Assembly: GCF_009914755.1 (NCBI RefSeq) | Contig: NC_060938.1 | Direction: 5' to 3' (one strand) | Source: the human T2T-CHM13v2.0 reference genome, Homo sapiens | DNA length: 64,000 nt | Shown: piece by piece, positions 1-12,922 of the stretch | How the letters are laid out: each line of letters begins with the position of its first letter | Numbering within the stretch: the stretch's first letter is position 1 | Made by a program: the position numbers and the translations under genes | The notes under the pieces: model-generated | Seen by the model: the letters and a program-made list of their open reading frames with translations, nothing else | Databases searched by the model: none | Told to the model about the DNA's origin: nothing

Positions 1-523
1 CCTGGTCACTCTGGTGATAGCTTCTTTTGCTGTGCAGAAGCTCGTTAGTTTAGTTAGATCTCATTTGTCAATTTTAGCTTTTGTTGTGATTGCTTTTGGT
101 ATTTTATTCATGAAGTCTTTGCTCATGCCTATGTCCTGAATGGTATTGCCTAGGTTTTCTTCTAGGGTTTTTATGGTTTGGTGTTTTACATTTAAGACTT
201 TAATCCATCTTAAGATAATGTTTGCATAAGGTGTAAGGAAGGGGTACAATTTCTGTTTTCTGAATGTGGCTAGCCAGTTCTTTCAGCACCATTTGGTAAG
301 TAGGAAATCTTTCCCCATTGCTTGTTTTTGTCAGGTTTGTCGGAGATCAGATGGTTGTAGATGTGTGATGTTATTTCTGAGGCCTCTGTTCTGTTCCATT
401 TGTCTATATATCTGTTTTGGTATCAGTACTGTGCTGTTTTGGTTACTGTAGCCTTGTAGTATAGTTTGAAGTCGGGTAGCAGGATGCCTCAAGCTTTGTT
501 GTTTTTGCTTAGGATTGTTTTGG
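1..523 (-). mobile_element. L1 (L1PA-type) ORF2-region fragment
   Basis: Translation [34 protein letters not shown]...[11 protein letters not shown] is L1 ORF2p C-terminal sequence. Mirror of the L1 starting at 47592. Confidence 0.93.
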
Positions 524-1384
524 GTTGACAGGCAAACAGGCTCCTATATTTGGGGTCACGTGCCCAGAGTATCACAGCTAATTCAGACGTGAGCTGAGAC
601 TTGAAATGCACGTGCTCTTTCCCTTACCTGGGTCTGTTGTATAATGCATCTTAGCAGCTATGTAACAGTAGGAATTAGAATATTTAGACATCTTTTTAGC
701 AACTTTTTAACCTGCATTTTTGTAACGTGGTAAAGACCTTCATCCCATCCCTGAGCCCCTCTCTCACAACACTGCACCCCACTGCTGACCACACTGTTGT
801 GTGACCATTAGGAATCAGGGGGGCAGCGGGGGCTGGAAATAAATAAGAAAGGATTATGTTTCCCAAATTTGCTCACCTTAGAAAGTCTCCTCAACCATTC
901 TGTGTGAGGTGATTTTTCCAAGGTAATTGTGCCCTGACTGCGCTGGATGTCAGTGTGTCTTGTCTTTTTGAAAATCACTGGATTACTCTCATGAACGGAG
1001 TATTTCTCTTTCTATTTGAAAATGGTCAACTGTCCTCTGCAGGTGTCCTGACTTGCTAGTTTAGACCCTGAAGGTAGCGGTGAGAAAATATTTGGGCCAC
1101 ATCAGAATACCTATTCTCAGCTGGAGGATATATAGAAATTTCTTAATAATATCTAACCATTTTCTCAATAACCATTATATTTAACATTGATAGCTTGGAA
1201 GGCAGGGAAGGACACAGATGGCACAATCTTCAAAGTTTAATTTAGTTATCAGGTTTTTTTTTTGTTCTTGCTTAGTTTTGCTTAGTTTTTGGATACAAGG
1301 TCTTGCTCTGGTGCCCAGGCTGGAGGGCAGTGGCATAATGATAACTCATAATTTGGTTGTAACGGTTCTTTAAAATATATTTTT

Positions 1385-1650
1385 GCCGAGAGTGCTAGCT
1401 CATACCTGTAATCTAAACACTTTGGGTGGCCAAGGTGGGATGATCGCTTGATCCCAGGAGTTCAAGACGAGTCTGAGCAACATAAGTAGACTCAGTCTCT
1501 AGAAAAATATTTAAAAATTGTCTGGGTGTAGCTTTGCATGCCTGTAGTCCCAGCTACTTGAGAGGCTGATTTGAAAGCATCACTGGAGCCTAAGAATTTG
1601 AAGATGCAGTGACCCATGATTCAGCCACTGCATTGACAGAGTGAGATATG
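1385..1650 (+). mobile_element. Old Alu (AluJ-like)
   Basis: Diverged dimeric Alu. A short antisense Alu fragment lies just upstream at ~1285-1350. Mirror at 46470..46732. Confidence 0.85.
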
Positions 1651-3909
1651 TGTGTGTCTCTGTGTGTGTGTATAAAGAATTTGTATGTGAAAAAAATTCA
1701 AGCACAGGAGAAAAGTGAAAGCCCATGGTGGGGGATGTGGAGAAAGGTCAGTGTGGCTCCAGCACCTCAGTGCGACTTGGTTTTCCATCTTGAAGAATTG
1801 CCCATCCACACTGAAACCATAGCCTAACATATGCCATTTCTCACACTACACCTGCTGGGATACAAGTATGTAGCCTTTTGAAAAAAATAAAATCTTTCAC
1901 CTAAGAGAAGGACAAGAGAAAATGAGGGTTTCACATCTAAAGCCTTCATTTTCTTTATGAATCAACAGCCACTTGTCATTTGAATTGTCCAGAGGCGACT
2001 GACAGCACTAATACACTTAATGAATCAACCAGGAAAAATGGGCCTCTCAGGTGAGGAGGAGGCACAATGGTCACAAAACCCAATCCGTTCTCAGCTTTGC
2101 ATGGTGCTCGCATCTCAAGAAGTGGTGTTAGCCATGTGAACCGTGTTCACTGGACAAGGCCAGAGGAAAGAATATTTAGTACAACACAACTATGGGGCTG
2201 CAAATCAAACTGGTAGTGAGAGCATGCATGAGGCTTCAGTGGCCGAGACACTGGTGGCTACCCTTCGGTGTCACTTAAACCTTTGAGGTGAAGGACATCT
2301 TTTTTCCCAACTGGCTCAGAGAAACCAATCAACATTAAAATTGAGATTTGTTTTTCTTTTCAAAATTTCTAAGACATAGAGGAGTCTCTAACACTCCAAA
2401 AGAGATTCAGCTATACATGCAGCTGAGGACCTGCCTGCTCTGTAGAGGGATGGCAGAGCAGCAGCCACCAGCTTTAGTAGCTTTAAGCTCCTCCTCTCAT
2501 AGGGACAGGCCACCCCCACACAACCCCCCTAACTTCATAGGCTCTAGCTGTCAGGTGCACCTGGGGGACTGTCTTCCTCCCATCTCATTAGCTCTCGAAG
2601 ACAGTCCAGCTCAATCTAAAACCTACCTTAGGATGGCGAGATGTAGGCTCTCCTCCATTCTCCCAGTGTAGTGTGACTTCTAGAGAGTGCTTCTCCATCC
2701 TCTTACCTCAGATGATGTGAAAAGAGCCGTTTCCCGGGCAGTTAGATGTTCAGTGACATAACAGGCCCAGCATGCGCAGGGCCTGGCCCCACAGCCTGGC
2801 ACCTCTCCCCTACCTGGCCTTCACGCTGGACTTTTCTCTTCTGCCACAAATATCAGGTGATGATCACCTCTGCCACACTCTCATGAGCTTGGTAAGTAGC
2901 AGGGGTGTAAACCTCAACAGATTTCCTGTGACTCTACCCTCTTACCTCCCACTCAAGTGACATTATAAGCATAATTTTATATTTGATCTAATTTATGCAT
3001 AACCTTTTTATAACATTTCTGACAACAGCCCTCACAACCACATGAGTCTGGGTTACAGAACACACGGGCGAGGCTCGGGTAGCAGGTTTCACTTACTTTA
3101 TTCCAATGTGAAATGAAGATTGATGATTTAAAAACAAGACAAAGTTGTTTATCAGCTGTGGGGTGGCTACACTTGCTAGCTCATGCTCACTTCCTTTGAA
3201 ACAAGGTATCTGGACAGACCATATTCATAAGTAGGTCTTCGCAAAACCCCAGACAGAAGTTCCAGTCAGACACAGCTCCCTCAGGCTCACAGGGTGGCAA
3301 CCGCCTCCATGTTAGGCTCTGACAGCAGGCAAGGAAAGGAGCACAGGCAGCAGGGGACAGGGAGGGTCCGGGACTGTAGGGATCCCCAAATGCCCCAGAG
3401 CTATTCTCTGTAGAAGGGCACACGCAGGTCTCACTGTGTCAGTGCAGTGGCTGAATCATGGGTCACTGCAGCCTCAATCTCTTAGGCTCCAGTGATGCTT
3501 TCACCTCAGCCTCTCAAGTAGCTGTATGGCAAAAAGCCTCCTACTTTTTACTTAAAACCTGGACTTTAAGCCAGGTTGGGCCTGGGAATAGTGGCAGCAA
3601 AAGCAGCAGCCAAATGTATACACTCCAGATGTCTACACTCATGGGCACAGGCATATTCCACACTTGCTGGAGCACGAGAGGCCTGAGAGGCACCTGTTTC
3701 CCAGCTACTAACTGATGTCCACACACCCCATTCACGTGTCTTCATTTAGGTCTCTGCATCGTATATTTGCTCAGCCAGTGCAAACACATCTTCTGGGGGG
3801 CAACATTAATTGCAGCACCTGCCCCACTTGTTCTGGGAGGGAGTCAAGAGGAATCTGGTCAGCTCCTAATCCCCCAGGACAAAGGTGATGCCCTCTTTTC
3901 AGGACTTAC

Positions 3910-6900
3910 ATCCAGCAGCGTCATCTCGGGATGGGTTTTTCAAACACAAGCAGCATGAGGTAGCAAGCATGGTGTGACAGGCTCAGGGCCATGGGCAGCC
4001 GGTTGCTGGAGAAGCAGCACAGGGCAGGCACATCTGTGGGTGGCACCATGACAAGCCAAGACAGCCACAGCCCCTAATCCCAACAGCTCCAGCCCAGATG
4101 GCATTCAAATCTTCCCGGATAGTATTGGGGTGCCCGATGCCCATCACTCGCCCTCTAATTAGCACGGCCTTGTTGGTTACTCAGGGACTAAGGAGAGGGG
4201 GTGGGGGATGTAGATCCAGGGTGGGCACTGCCTCACAGCCAGAGTCCACCTGACTGCAGGCCAGCAAGCAAGCCCAAGAAGCTCAGCTCTAGTCACATCT
4301 GGCTGTACTTTATGTGTATACATTACACAAAGGTAGCAAACAGAGGTCAACAATAGCTGTTGTGACATGAAAGTCTATGCCCCATTAAGACCTTAAAATG
4401 CTATTGTCTTAAGCTATCTTTATTCTAATAAAATTTATACAAATAAACACATACAAGCTGAACTACTATAAAGGAAATATTAGGATTTTTTAAACCCATA
4501 AACAGACATGAAAACAGTCACTGTTTGATTGCAGAGAAAGTGAGCTTCTAAAGCAGCTGACCACAAAACAGCCTCACCAAACCCCAGGCAGGCCAGGCAG
4601 TCTGAACACTACAAGGCCACGTGATGGTCACAGAGGATGACAGCTCCTGTGAGTATTGCAAGGCACTGTGTTAGCTTCTCACTCACAGTCTCAGAATACC
4701 CTGTGAGGGGAGGCCCCATCTCACTAGAGCACAGGAGATTCCTGAGCTCTTCCCAAAAAATGGTCATCAAACGATGGAGCAGAGGGAAGCCCAGACAGAA
4801 CAAGTGAGTCCCTAGGGTCTCCTTAACCTCCCTCAGCTCCTCCACATGGGTCCCTGAGGGAAAGTGAGCAGCCTCCTAACCCCCTTGATAGGGTTCCAGT
4901 CCTGCAGGTCGGACTCTCTCATTTTATGCTACCATAGGGTGTGACAATGCAACCCCAGGCCCCTTATTTGCCATCCCTCAATGCCAGGCCAGACCCAGAG
5001 TCCTTTGCTAACACAGCCCAGGGGATGCTCAAGGCCCACCTCGGCACAGTCACCTGTAGTGTACTGAGATGAGCAAGGAGGTGCAAGTAGACACAAATCC
5101 CCATGGGCTTGGCCTCAGGCATGTTCCACAGGCTCAGGGCCTCCCTGATGAGCTCACAGCCCTCCTTCAGGAATCCTGCAGATCACACCCTCAGGGAGCA
5201 GTGCTCAGATGAGCAGGCAGGCTCCACATCCCCCACCCCATGACGCTCTGTTCCACTTTGCAGGCTTCTGCATTGGCCAGTCCCCACTGCTTTCTGGTGA
5301 GATGTCTGAGTTGAAGTGAATGTTGAAGGCCACAGAGCTGATGGAGCTCACTGCCTTGCACATGTTGTAAATCACCTCCTGGCTTCAAGGGTCAGCTGTG
5401 GACACACAGCTTGATGGGAGTAGGCCCACTCCACCATCAGTAGTGCTGGGTTGCCCTGATCTGCACCTTCCAGGTCCTTTCTGAGATGTCTGCATGCTTC
5501 TCTAAGGGACTGGGTCACGAGACACCCCTGGCAAGAGTCAGCTGGCAGAACAGGCTGGACACTCTCCCTCAGCCTCCCCAGCAGCCCCGCCTGTGCTGTC
5601 ATCTGTGCTGATGATCTCCGTGGTAAGATTATGGGAAATTTTTTAAAGCATCTTTTCCCCGTTCATTTCCCTATCTTAATAACAGCACTGATAACTTTTA
5701 AGCCCTAGCAAGCTGAAACTGCAAGACACATGATCTTCTGCCTTAGAAGGGCCATGTTTGGGCAGTGTGTGCCCAGGTGAGAGCCCCATGGTTGTTAGTG
5801 GAAGCGGGGAGCTGGATGGGCCCGGCCCCATAGCCTAGTGAAAAGTGGGACCCTCTCCTTCCAGAGCATGGAAGTCTCAGAGGCTGGAAAAAGGTGCCTG
5901 AGTGGCCTGCCAAGAAGCAGAAGGCTAGAAGGCCTGGAAAGAACCCCAACAGCCTTCAAGCTGCCTGAGAGGGCTGGGCTCATTCCAGCTTTCTTTGCTT
6001 TCATCCTGTTAGCAAGAAAACCTGCTCACAGATGGCAGGCGGGCCTGAGGCTGCCATTCCCTCATCAGGGGCTATAGGCACCTTTAATGTGGCTCTTTCT
6101 TGAAGCAGCTGCTCAGGCCGGTTCTCGAAGAGCAGTTCCCTTATTATCCACAGGTCCTTGTTCCAGCCCCGTGTCTGCAGAGGGACTAGGGAGGGAGACA
6201 AGGGCTCAGCCTGTGCCCCACAACCTGCTTTGAGACATCTCTTTTGTTACTTCCTCACAGACAGCCTGAAACTTCCAAATGAACAGACCAGAATGGAGCC
6301 TCCAGGAAAGTGTACAGAATTCTGTCTAGTACCCAGAAGGAAGGGGGTTCCCAGTGAAGGCAGGGCCAGGCTGCATGCACCTCTTCAAAAATATTCTCCT
6401 CATAGTCCACCCTCAAGGTGTACATCCTCTGTGTGCTTGCAGTCCATGGCAGCCTCTGCCTTGGGAACCATCCAGCTGCACACCTGCAATATGGTGGTGA
6501 CCCTCTTGAATGGATGGTTCTGGGCCCCATTGCAGGCAGCAGATAGGGAGATGCTCAGCCCATCAAGCCCAGAGCCCTGCCACAGGCTTCTGTGAGGCCT
6601 CCACCTGCTCTGGGTTCTTGCCCTGAGAGGCTGCCCTGAAGTCAAACACAAGCAGGTGGGACTCTCTTCCACAGCTGCTCTCTCTCCCACTGACAGCTCC
6701 CTAGAGGGTAACTCAGACAGAGAAGATAGAATTCTCAGGCAGAAGGACAGGAGTTTCGGCTGCCGATTCATTCCATACCCCCACATGACATGACACAAGG
6801 CAGGGGCTGTGGGACAAAGGCATTGCCTTTCCTTCTGGCATGAGGAATGCCTTAGGAAGCAGGTCTGGTGGGGCTAGGGTTGAGCGATAGGCTTCAGGCC

Positions 6901-7693
6901 ACAAGGAGTGGACGGACACTGAGCAAGTATCCTGCTTATCTGTCCACAGATCCAGAACAAGTGGCATCCCAGGAGCCTGGGAGGGGCTGGCAGAGACTTA
7001 CTGTGTCCAGCAAAAGCCCCATGTGGATGCGGTAATGCTGCCTGCTGGTCCTTGGCTGTAATTACAAACAGGTACATGAGGTCCCCATGGATCTTGCAGC
7101 TCTCAGGGAGTGGGTTCCAGCTGCTCATGGTAGGCACTTTTAGTCACTGAACGTGCTTCAGGAATGGCCAAGCTTGATTAAGCCAGGCGTCTTGCTGTGA
7201 GACCCTCCACCCAACTGAGGACCCTCTTCCTTGTCCCCCCTGACAGTTTACCTTCCAGTTCTGGTTCTGGAGACACGATGGCCCTTCTTGGGCCCCTGGG
7301 AGAATGTGCTCAGATGACACACAGTCGACAGGGCCCATTTCCAAGCCATTCTTCCATTTCCCACTGTTTGAGGGGCTGAGGCCGGTGATCAGCACAGGGC
7401 CACCCAGGGCCAGCTGTCTGCACCTAAACGTCATGTTGGTCTGGATGTCTCAGAGCCAGAACTCTCCAGGTAAGATGGCCTGGTCCTCAGCACCTGGCCT
7501 CCATGCTCCTTTTTCCTCTGTTCAATCCTGGCCCCAATGCCTCCCGCAACTCTCAGGTCACCATTGGAGAAGATGCTCAGGAAGAACAAGGAGCTGCAGT
7601 CAACCCTGCTGAAGGTGGCATATGGGTCCAGGCTCTTGAGCTGGTCTTTGACATGGTACATGTGGATGCAGGCTTTGAGCAGTGTGAGTAGCT
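3910..7693 (-). pseudogene. CLUHP: Unprocessed (duplicated) CLUH pseudogene, left-arm copy
   Basis: Exon-sized blocks match CLUH as recalled. 7550-7693 HMYHVKDQLKSLDPYATFSRVDCSSLFFLSIFSNGDL (CLUH [37 protein letters not shown]); ~7252-7367 SGKWKNGLEMGPVDCVSSEHILPG; ~7002-7155 [30 protein letters not shown] ([30 protein letters not shown]); ~6381-6527 HPFKRVTTILQVCSWMVPKAEAAMDC; 6082-6174 TRGWNKDLWIIRELLFENRPEQLLQERATLK; 5294-5395; 5040-5175; ~4109-4187 RVMGIGHPNTIRE; 3910-4033. Blocks are separated by intron remnants and carry frameshifts and stops. Related 3' sequence may extend to ~3540. Confidence 0.93.
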
Positions 7694-7862
7694 CTTTCCG
7701 GAAGGAGGGGAAAACGGTGTTACCAGGGTCCTACACCCTAGAACGACCCATCTAGCACAGAAAACAGTTTGCAACGTGCTATCATGTGTGATTTTAATTT
7801 TGGGCTTTAGGCTTTCATTTCCAAATTCCACAATAAACACATAAGGTGGGGTTCTGATTTCA

Positions 7863-7925
7863 ACACACACACACACACACACACACACAAGCACACACAC
7901 ACATTCTCTCTCTCTCCCTCTCTCT
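7863..7925. repeat. Compound (CA)n(CT)n microsatellite
   Basis: Directly visible. The CA tract is nearly absent at the mirror site ~40250-40283. Confidence 0.95.
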
Positions 7926-9690
7926 TAGAATCTTCCAGTGCATTCACACTGAAAGCCGAAGTCCTCCCAGAATCTTGTGAGAACCTAAATGATCTGAATA
8001 GTTTGTCATTGCTTTTGGGGATCTGGGAAAATCTCTGCACATTTCTGGAGACCGCTGTTATGCCATTTTTAATAAATCTGTTCTGCTTCAATTCAGAAGT
8101 GTGTGAGGGGAGTTGTGGAGGAATTGGCATTTGGGTTAGAAATTATAGGAACAACAGAGACAGATGACACCTGTTTTCTGCTTCATAATGTCAAGTTTTA
8201 TGAAAGCTAAAACCTAATTCTACAAAAAAATTAGACTGAAAAACTTTATAGGCAAAAATTATCTTATTAAATAGGAAAATCTAATTATTTTATTTTAAAA
8301 TTTTCTTTTCCTTAGTAGGACCTAATCATAGAAATTTAAACACTGTATGCCAACAGCCTCTACTGTAGGATGGTTTATTGTAAGTACTCATTTTACAGAT
8401 TTCTTACAAAAACTTTTTCCGTAAGGGAAATTAGAATATTGTTCAACATATATTGAATTCACAATTATTACCTTATTTCTCACTTATTATTTTATGATTC
8501 TGTTTTCTTTAATATGAAGATTACTATGACTGTGTTTTCACTTTCTGAATTATCATGTGTCACATTTTTCTGTAATTTCAGTTTGAGAAGTTGTAAAACA
8601 GCATGCCCAAATGTATATGTTATGTATCAATTATATAATTAATTATTAAAATATTTGGCTTGTATGTTTAATTGACTCTAGGCACAATGTTACTATTAAC
8701 ATTTTCTTCCAGTTTTCCCAACTTTTATTTGACTAATAGTACAATTTATTTCCAGTTTTTATTTTATCTGTCAATGTTTTATACTGTATTTACAATATTT
8801 ATATTGTCACCATATGTAAAAATGTAAGACCTTTCTATTAAAGGCTAGATTACAGCCTTACCCTTTTGTGTAAGGAAAGCAGCAATGCATCAGTAGCATA
8901 ATTTAAAACTTTCTCTAGTATTACTTAAATTTTTATTTCTTAAAACTTTCTCATCACATCTCTTTCTAATAATTATAATATGGTTTCTTTGAAATGTTGT
9001 TGCCCTAATTGTATCCAAATAATTCAAAATTTATACTTTTTACGGATTCAAAGGAAGAGTTGAAAATTGTAGTTACCTAGGATTCTTTTTCAGTTGGACA
9101 CTATGTTTATTCAGGATTTTATAGATCAAAGTTTCTCTTAATTATGTTTTAGAATTTATGTTTCTGTATTTTTTAGAGTAGGCTGTCTCACAGCAGTTAA
9201 TTGTGTTTTTACTTTCTACCTATTTATTATGATTTTGAATTACATTATTCAAGTAAGAATTCGGGGAAGGTTTCTTTTAAGTTTGTTTTGCAATTTTGCA
9301 TTTCTGTGTTTCATGTTTTAGGGTAGGGCACCTTACATCAGTTTATTGTTTTTAGTTTGAATTTATATAATATAATTTTCTATGACAATATTCAAATCTG
9401 TACACCTTAAGACAGTGTGAGGCAAAAAATATGAACCATCCCTATGGTCTTTTGTTAATATAATGATTTAATTGTTTGTTTGCTTGTATAAATATTGCCC
9501 CTATTTTGTTTATGACTTGTGCATTTTCTTCTTGTTTGATGGCCAATAATTGATTCTGTCTAAGTGAGTAATCATGGAAATTGTCTTAATTTCAACATCT
9601 ATTGTTTATATTATCCTAGTGTGAAAGAAAGACTTATGCGATTTGAAGATAATTTTTCAAAAACTTTGTAACTCTCTCTCTTCGGGTGTC

Positions 9691-9986
9691 TTTACTTATT
9701 TATTTATTTTTTGACAGACTCTCACCCTGTCGCCAAAGTGCAGTGGCACAATCTTGGCTCACTGCAACCTCCACCTCCCAGGTTAAAGCAATTCTCCAGC
9801 TGCTGCCTCTTGAGTAGCTGGCATTAAAAGTGTGCACCACCACGCCTGGTTAATTTTTGTGTTTTTCATAGAGCTGGGGTTTCACCATGTTGGCCAGGCT
9901 GGTCTTGAACTCATGGCCTCAAGTAATCTGCATGCCTCAGCCTCCCAGAGTGCTGAGATTACAGGCATGAGCCATCTCTCTTGGCC
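9691..9986 (-). mobile_element. Alu (AluS-like)
   Basis: Antisense Alu with T-rich head. Mirror at 38181..38475. Confidence 0.92.
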
Positions 9987-9999
9987 ATTGGGTGTCATT

Positions 10000-10915
10000 T
10001 TTAATTTCGATTGTGGTAAAAATACATAACATAAAATTTAGAATCTTTAACATTTTTTCTTATACAGTTCAGTCATGTTAATGTATTTACATTGCTTTGC
10101 AACATATTTGAAAACTTTTTTCTTTTGCAAAACTGAAACTCAGTACACATGAAATGACAACTACCCATTTTCCTTACCACCTGGCTCATGATAAAAATCA
10201 TTCTATTTTCTGGTTCTAAGTTTCAATACTTTAGATATTACATATAAGTAGAATCATAGAGTATCTGTTTTATTGTGACTAATTTTACTTAGCATCATGT
10301 TCTCAAGATTTCTCTTTATTGTGGATGCTACAAGATTTTCTGCCTTTAAAAGCTGAGTAATATTCCATTACTTTTGTATTACAAATTATATTTATTTATT
10401 CATTCTATGAGGAAAGTTTGTGTTGCTTTCACCTATTGGCCTTTGTGAATAATGCTGCAACGAATATGGGTATGCAAATAACTATTTGCTCATATGTGCG
10501 AGGTTTACGTCTGTGCTACCTTCTGTTTTATTGGAAAAATTGTCTGTCTTTATGCTAGAAACAAACTGTTTTCATTGCTGTTGCTTTGTAATGTGCTTTG
10601 AAATCAGAAAAGTTGAGGCCGCTAACATTGTTTTTTTTTTAAACATTTTTGGGCTCTTTATGGTCGCTTGACATTCCACATAATTTGTTGGTTCCTTTTT
10701 CTATTTCAAAAAAATTGCTAATTTAAAAGGGATTGCATTGAATCTGTAACTCGCTTTAGGCATCATGAGCATTCTTCATAATATCAAGTCTTACAACCCT
10801 TAAACATGAGCATGCTCAAAAGTGAGTTGTTTAATTTCCATATATATGTTGCTATTTTTGTTTTCTTCTGTTATTCATTTCTAGTTTTATTCCATTTTGA
10901 TCAGAAATAATAGTC
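10000..10915 (-). mobile_element. Ancient L1M fragments
   Basis: Degenerate antisense L1 motifs (gctgagtaatattccatt, aataatgctgca, ggattgcattgaatctgta). Mirror at ~37255..38170. Confidence 0.65.
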
Positions 10916-10919
10916 ACTG

Positions 10920-12560
10920 AAAGGCTAAACCACTCTGGGAAGTGACCCCCATTATAGAACATTACAAAGATATGTGAGGGCACCACTTCTGCCCTGATGG
11001 GCTAAAGGGATGTGTTCTCTGAGATGACACATTGCACACAAATGCAGGGAACAGTATAACCCCCTTTTCGTGTAAACTCTTCCCTATTTTTCTAGAGTAT
11101 TAATGCTAGTGGTGGCTTTGAAGTCTTGGGGAAGGTCTGGCAGTGCCGTGAAGCTGCCTGCTACAGGTGATACCAGGGGGAATAATTAAAACCATACCAA
11201 CTGTAGTAACATGAATAAATACAGCCTAGTGTAAAGTAAAAACAACACAAAGGTCTTCTCTGATATTTCTACAAGAATGTAAAAAGGGACTTTACACTTA
11301 ACCAAGTTGCCTTTGGGACTAGTTAAGGCTAGATTTTTGGGAGGCAGATCTTTGGGTCACTCATGGAAATCCCCTAAGAGAAAGCGCAGAGAAATTCCAT
11401 ATTTGGGTCTGGATCCTGGGCCCATCCTGGTTTTGTCAGACCCCTGTCTGTAGAGATCCCCATGTGCCTGCTCTCACCATAACTCACTGTATGCCATGCT
11501 TAGGGGTGTGGTGAACCTGCCAGTTGTCCAAGGAGTTGGGGGACTTGAACCCATCAAATACCTGCTCAATGATTTTAATGAAACTCTACAAAGAGTGTTC
11601 CCAGCAGCGAAGCAGAAAAAAAAAAAGAAAAAAGAAAAAAAATTAATTATCTCCTTTGTTTTTACCACCAGGTAACATCTCCATTAGAAATTCTGTTTCC
11701 TAGATCAGGAACATAGGAGTATCTGCATAGACCCCCAGCCAATGAGGAAACCCGAGGACAGCTTAAGGCCTTGGGATTCACATCTGAGTAGACACACTTG
11801 GTCCACAATGCTCAACTTTTTATTCCACCAGCCATGACCTGGGTATGAACATGACATACCCGCCAGGGTTCCAATGCCTTACAGCCTGCCCCTGTGAGAA
11901 AGAGCCCCCTCCTTTCCTGCTCCCCCTGCAACACATGGTAATGGTAGACAGGGTCGGATTGCCCAGATTAGATGACACGGGTGGCCTGGCATGGACGGAC
12001 CTGACCTAGGCTTCACTGTGTTACCTGTGTTTGCCTCTTGTTGAATGGCCAGTGGTATCAAGGATGTAGGCTGAGCCAATATGTATATGGTCAGAAAAGG
12101 CTCTCACTTTGAACCTTTCTCAGGCAACAGCTTAGGAATATAGCACACAATGAGAACACAGTGCTCTCTCAAGCATCTCCCATGAAATTAGCTAGATAGA
12201 GGGCTGTCTCTAGAATGTGGGTTTCTGGTTCCAAAGTTCTAAATTCTGTTAGGTTCTGTCACAAGGGAAGTCTGTTAACTTCTTCAAGGTTTTATCCCCT
12301 GAGCCCTTTTCCTCCATAAATCTATGCAAAGTCCCTGCTGGGCTGCTGATTGCTCACCCTCCTCTCCCATGTCAACTCTTTTCCTGTAAACAGTTATGCA
12401 AACACAATTATGCCTCTTACTCCCCATAAAGATCTAAATACAGCCAGGGCCCCAGGTTTGAGAGAAGAGAGTTGGATTAAAATCTTCTTTTCCTTTTCAT
12501 TTCTGTGACCATATGAAAATGACTGTGCGCTTCAGTTCTCCCCAGCCCTGAAGTATGCAT
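10920..12560 (-). mobile_element. Possible degenerate ERV internal (env-like) segment
   Basis: Composition shift relative to the flanks and vaguely retroviral env-like sequence, but no diagnostic motif recognised. Mirror at ~35630..37250. Confidence 0.3.
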
Positions 12561-12633
12561 AATGGGATTAGGCTAGCATCAACTTCCAGAAAGAGTCATT
12601 GGCGATATATGAGATAGAATGAATCAAAATCAG

Positions 12634-12922
12634 TGGGATGTAGTTGCTCTTGCTTGTAATCTTAGCAGATTGGTAGACCAAGACGGGTGGAACACTTAAG
12701 GCCAGGGGTTTGAAACCAGCCATGGCCAGCATGGCAAAAACCCTTCTCCACTGAAAATGCAAAAATTAGCCAGATGTGTTGATGCTTGCCTGTAATCCCA
12801 GCCACTCAGGAGGCTGAGGTGTAAGAATCACCTGAGCCAAGGAAGCAGAGATTACATTGAGCCTTGATCATGTCTCTGCACTCCAGCCTGGGTGACAGAG
12901 CGAGACTGTGTCTCAAAAAAAA
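12634..12922 (+). mobile_element. Old Alu followed by (TA)n-rich tract to ~13055
   Basis: Diverged Alu dimer ending gagactgtgtctcaaaaaaaa. Mirror at 35270..35555. Confidence 0.88.

Noticed and set aside
4609-4845. 78-aa ORF with identical translation in both arms (43281..43517)
   Set aside because: It lies in a CLUH pseudogene intron region, begins at GTG, and sits in a high-identity stretch. A few nucleotide differences appear silent, but that is too little to claim coding constraint.
6158-6595. 145-aa ORF and its 156-aa mirror (41530..42000)
   Set aside because: Antisense to CLUH exon/intron remnants, with many amino-acid differences between arms and no homology recognised.
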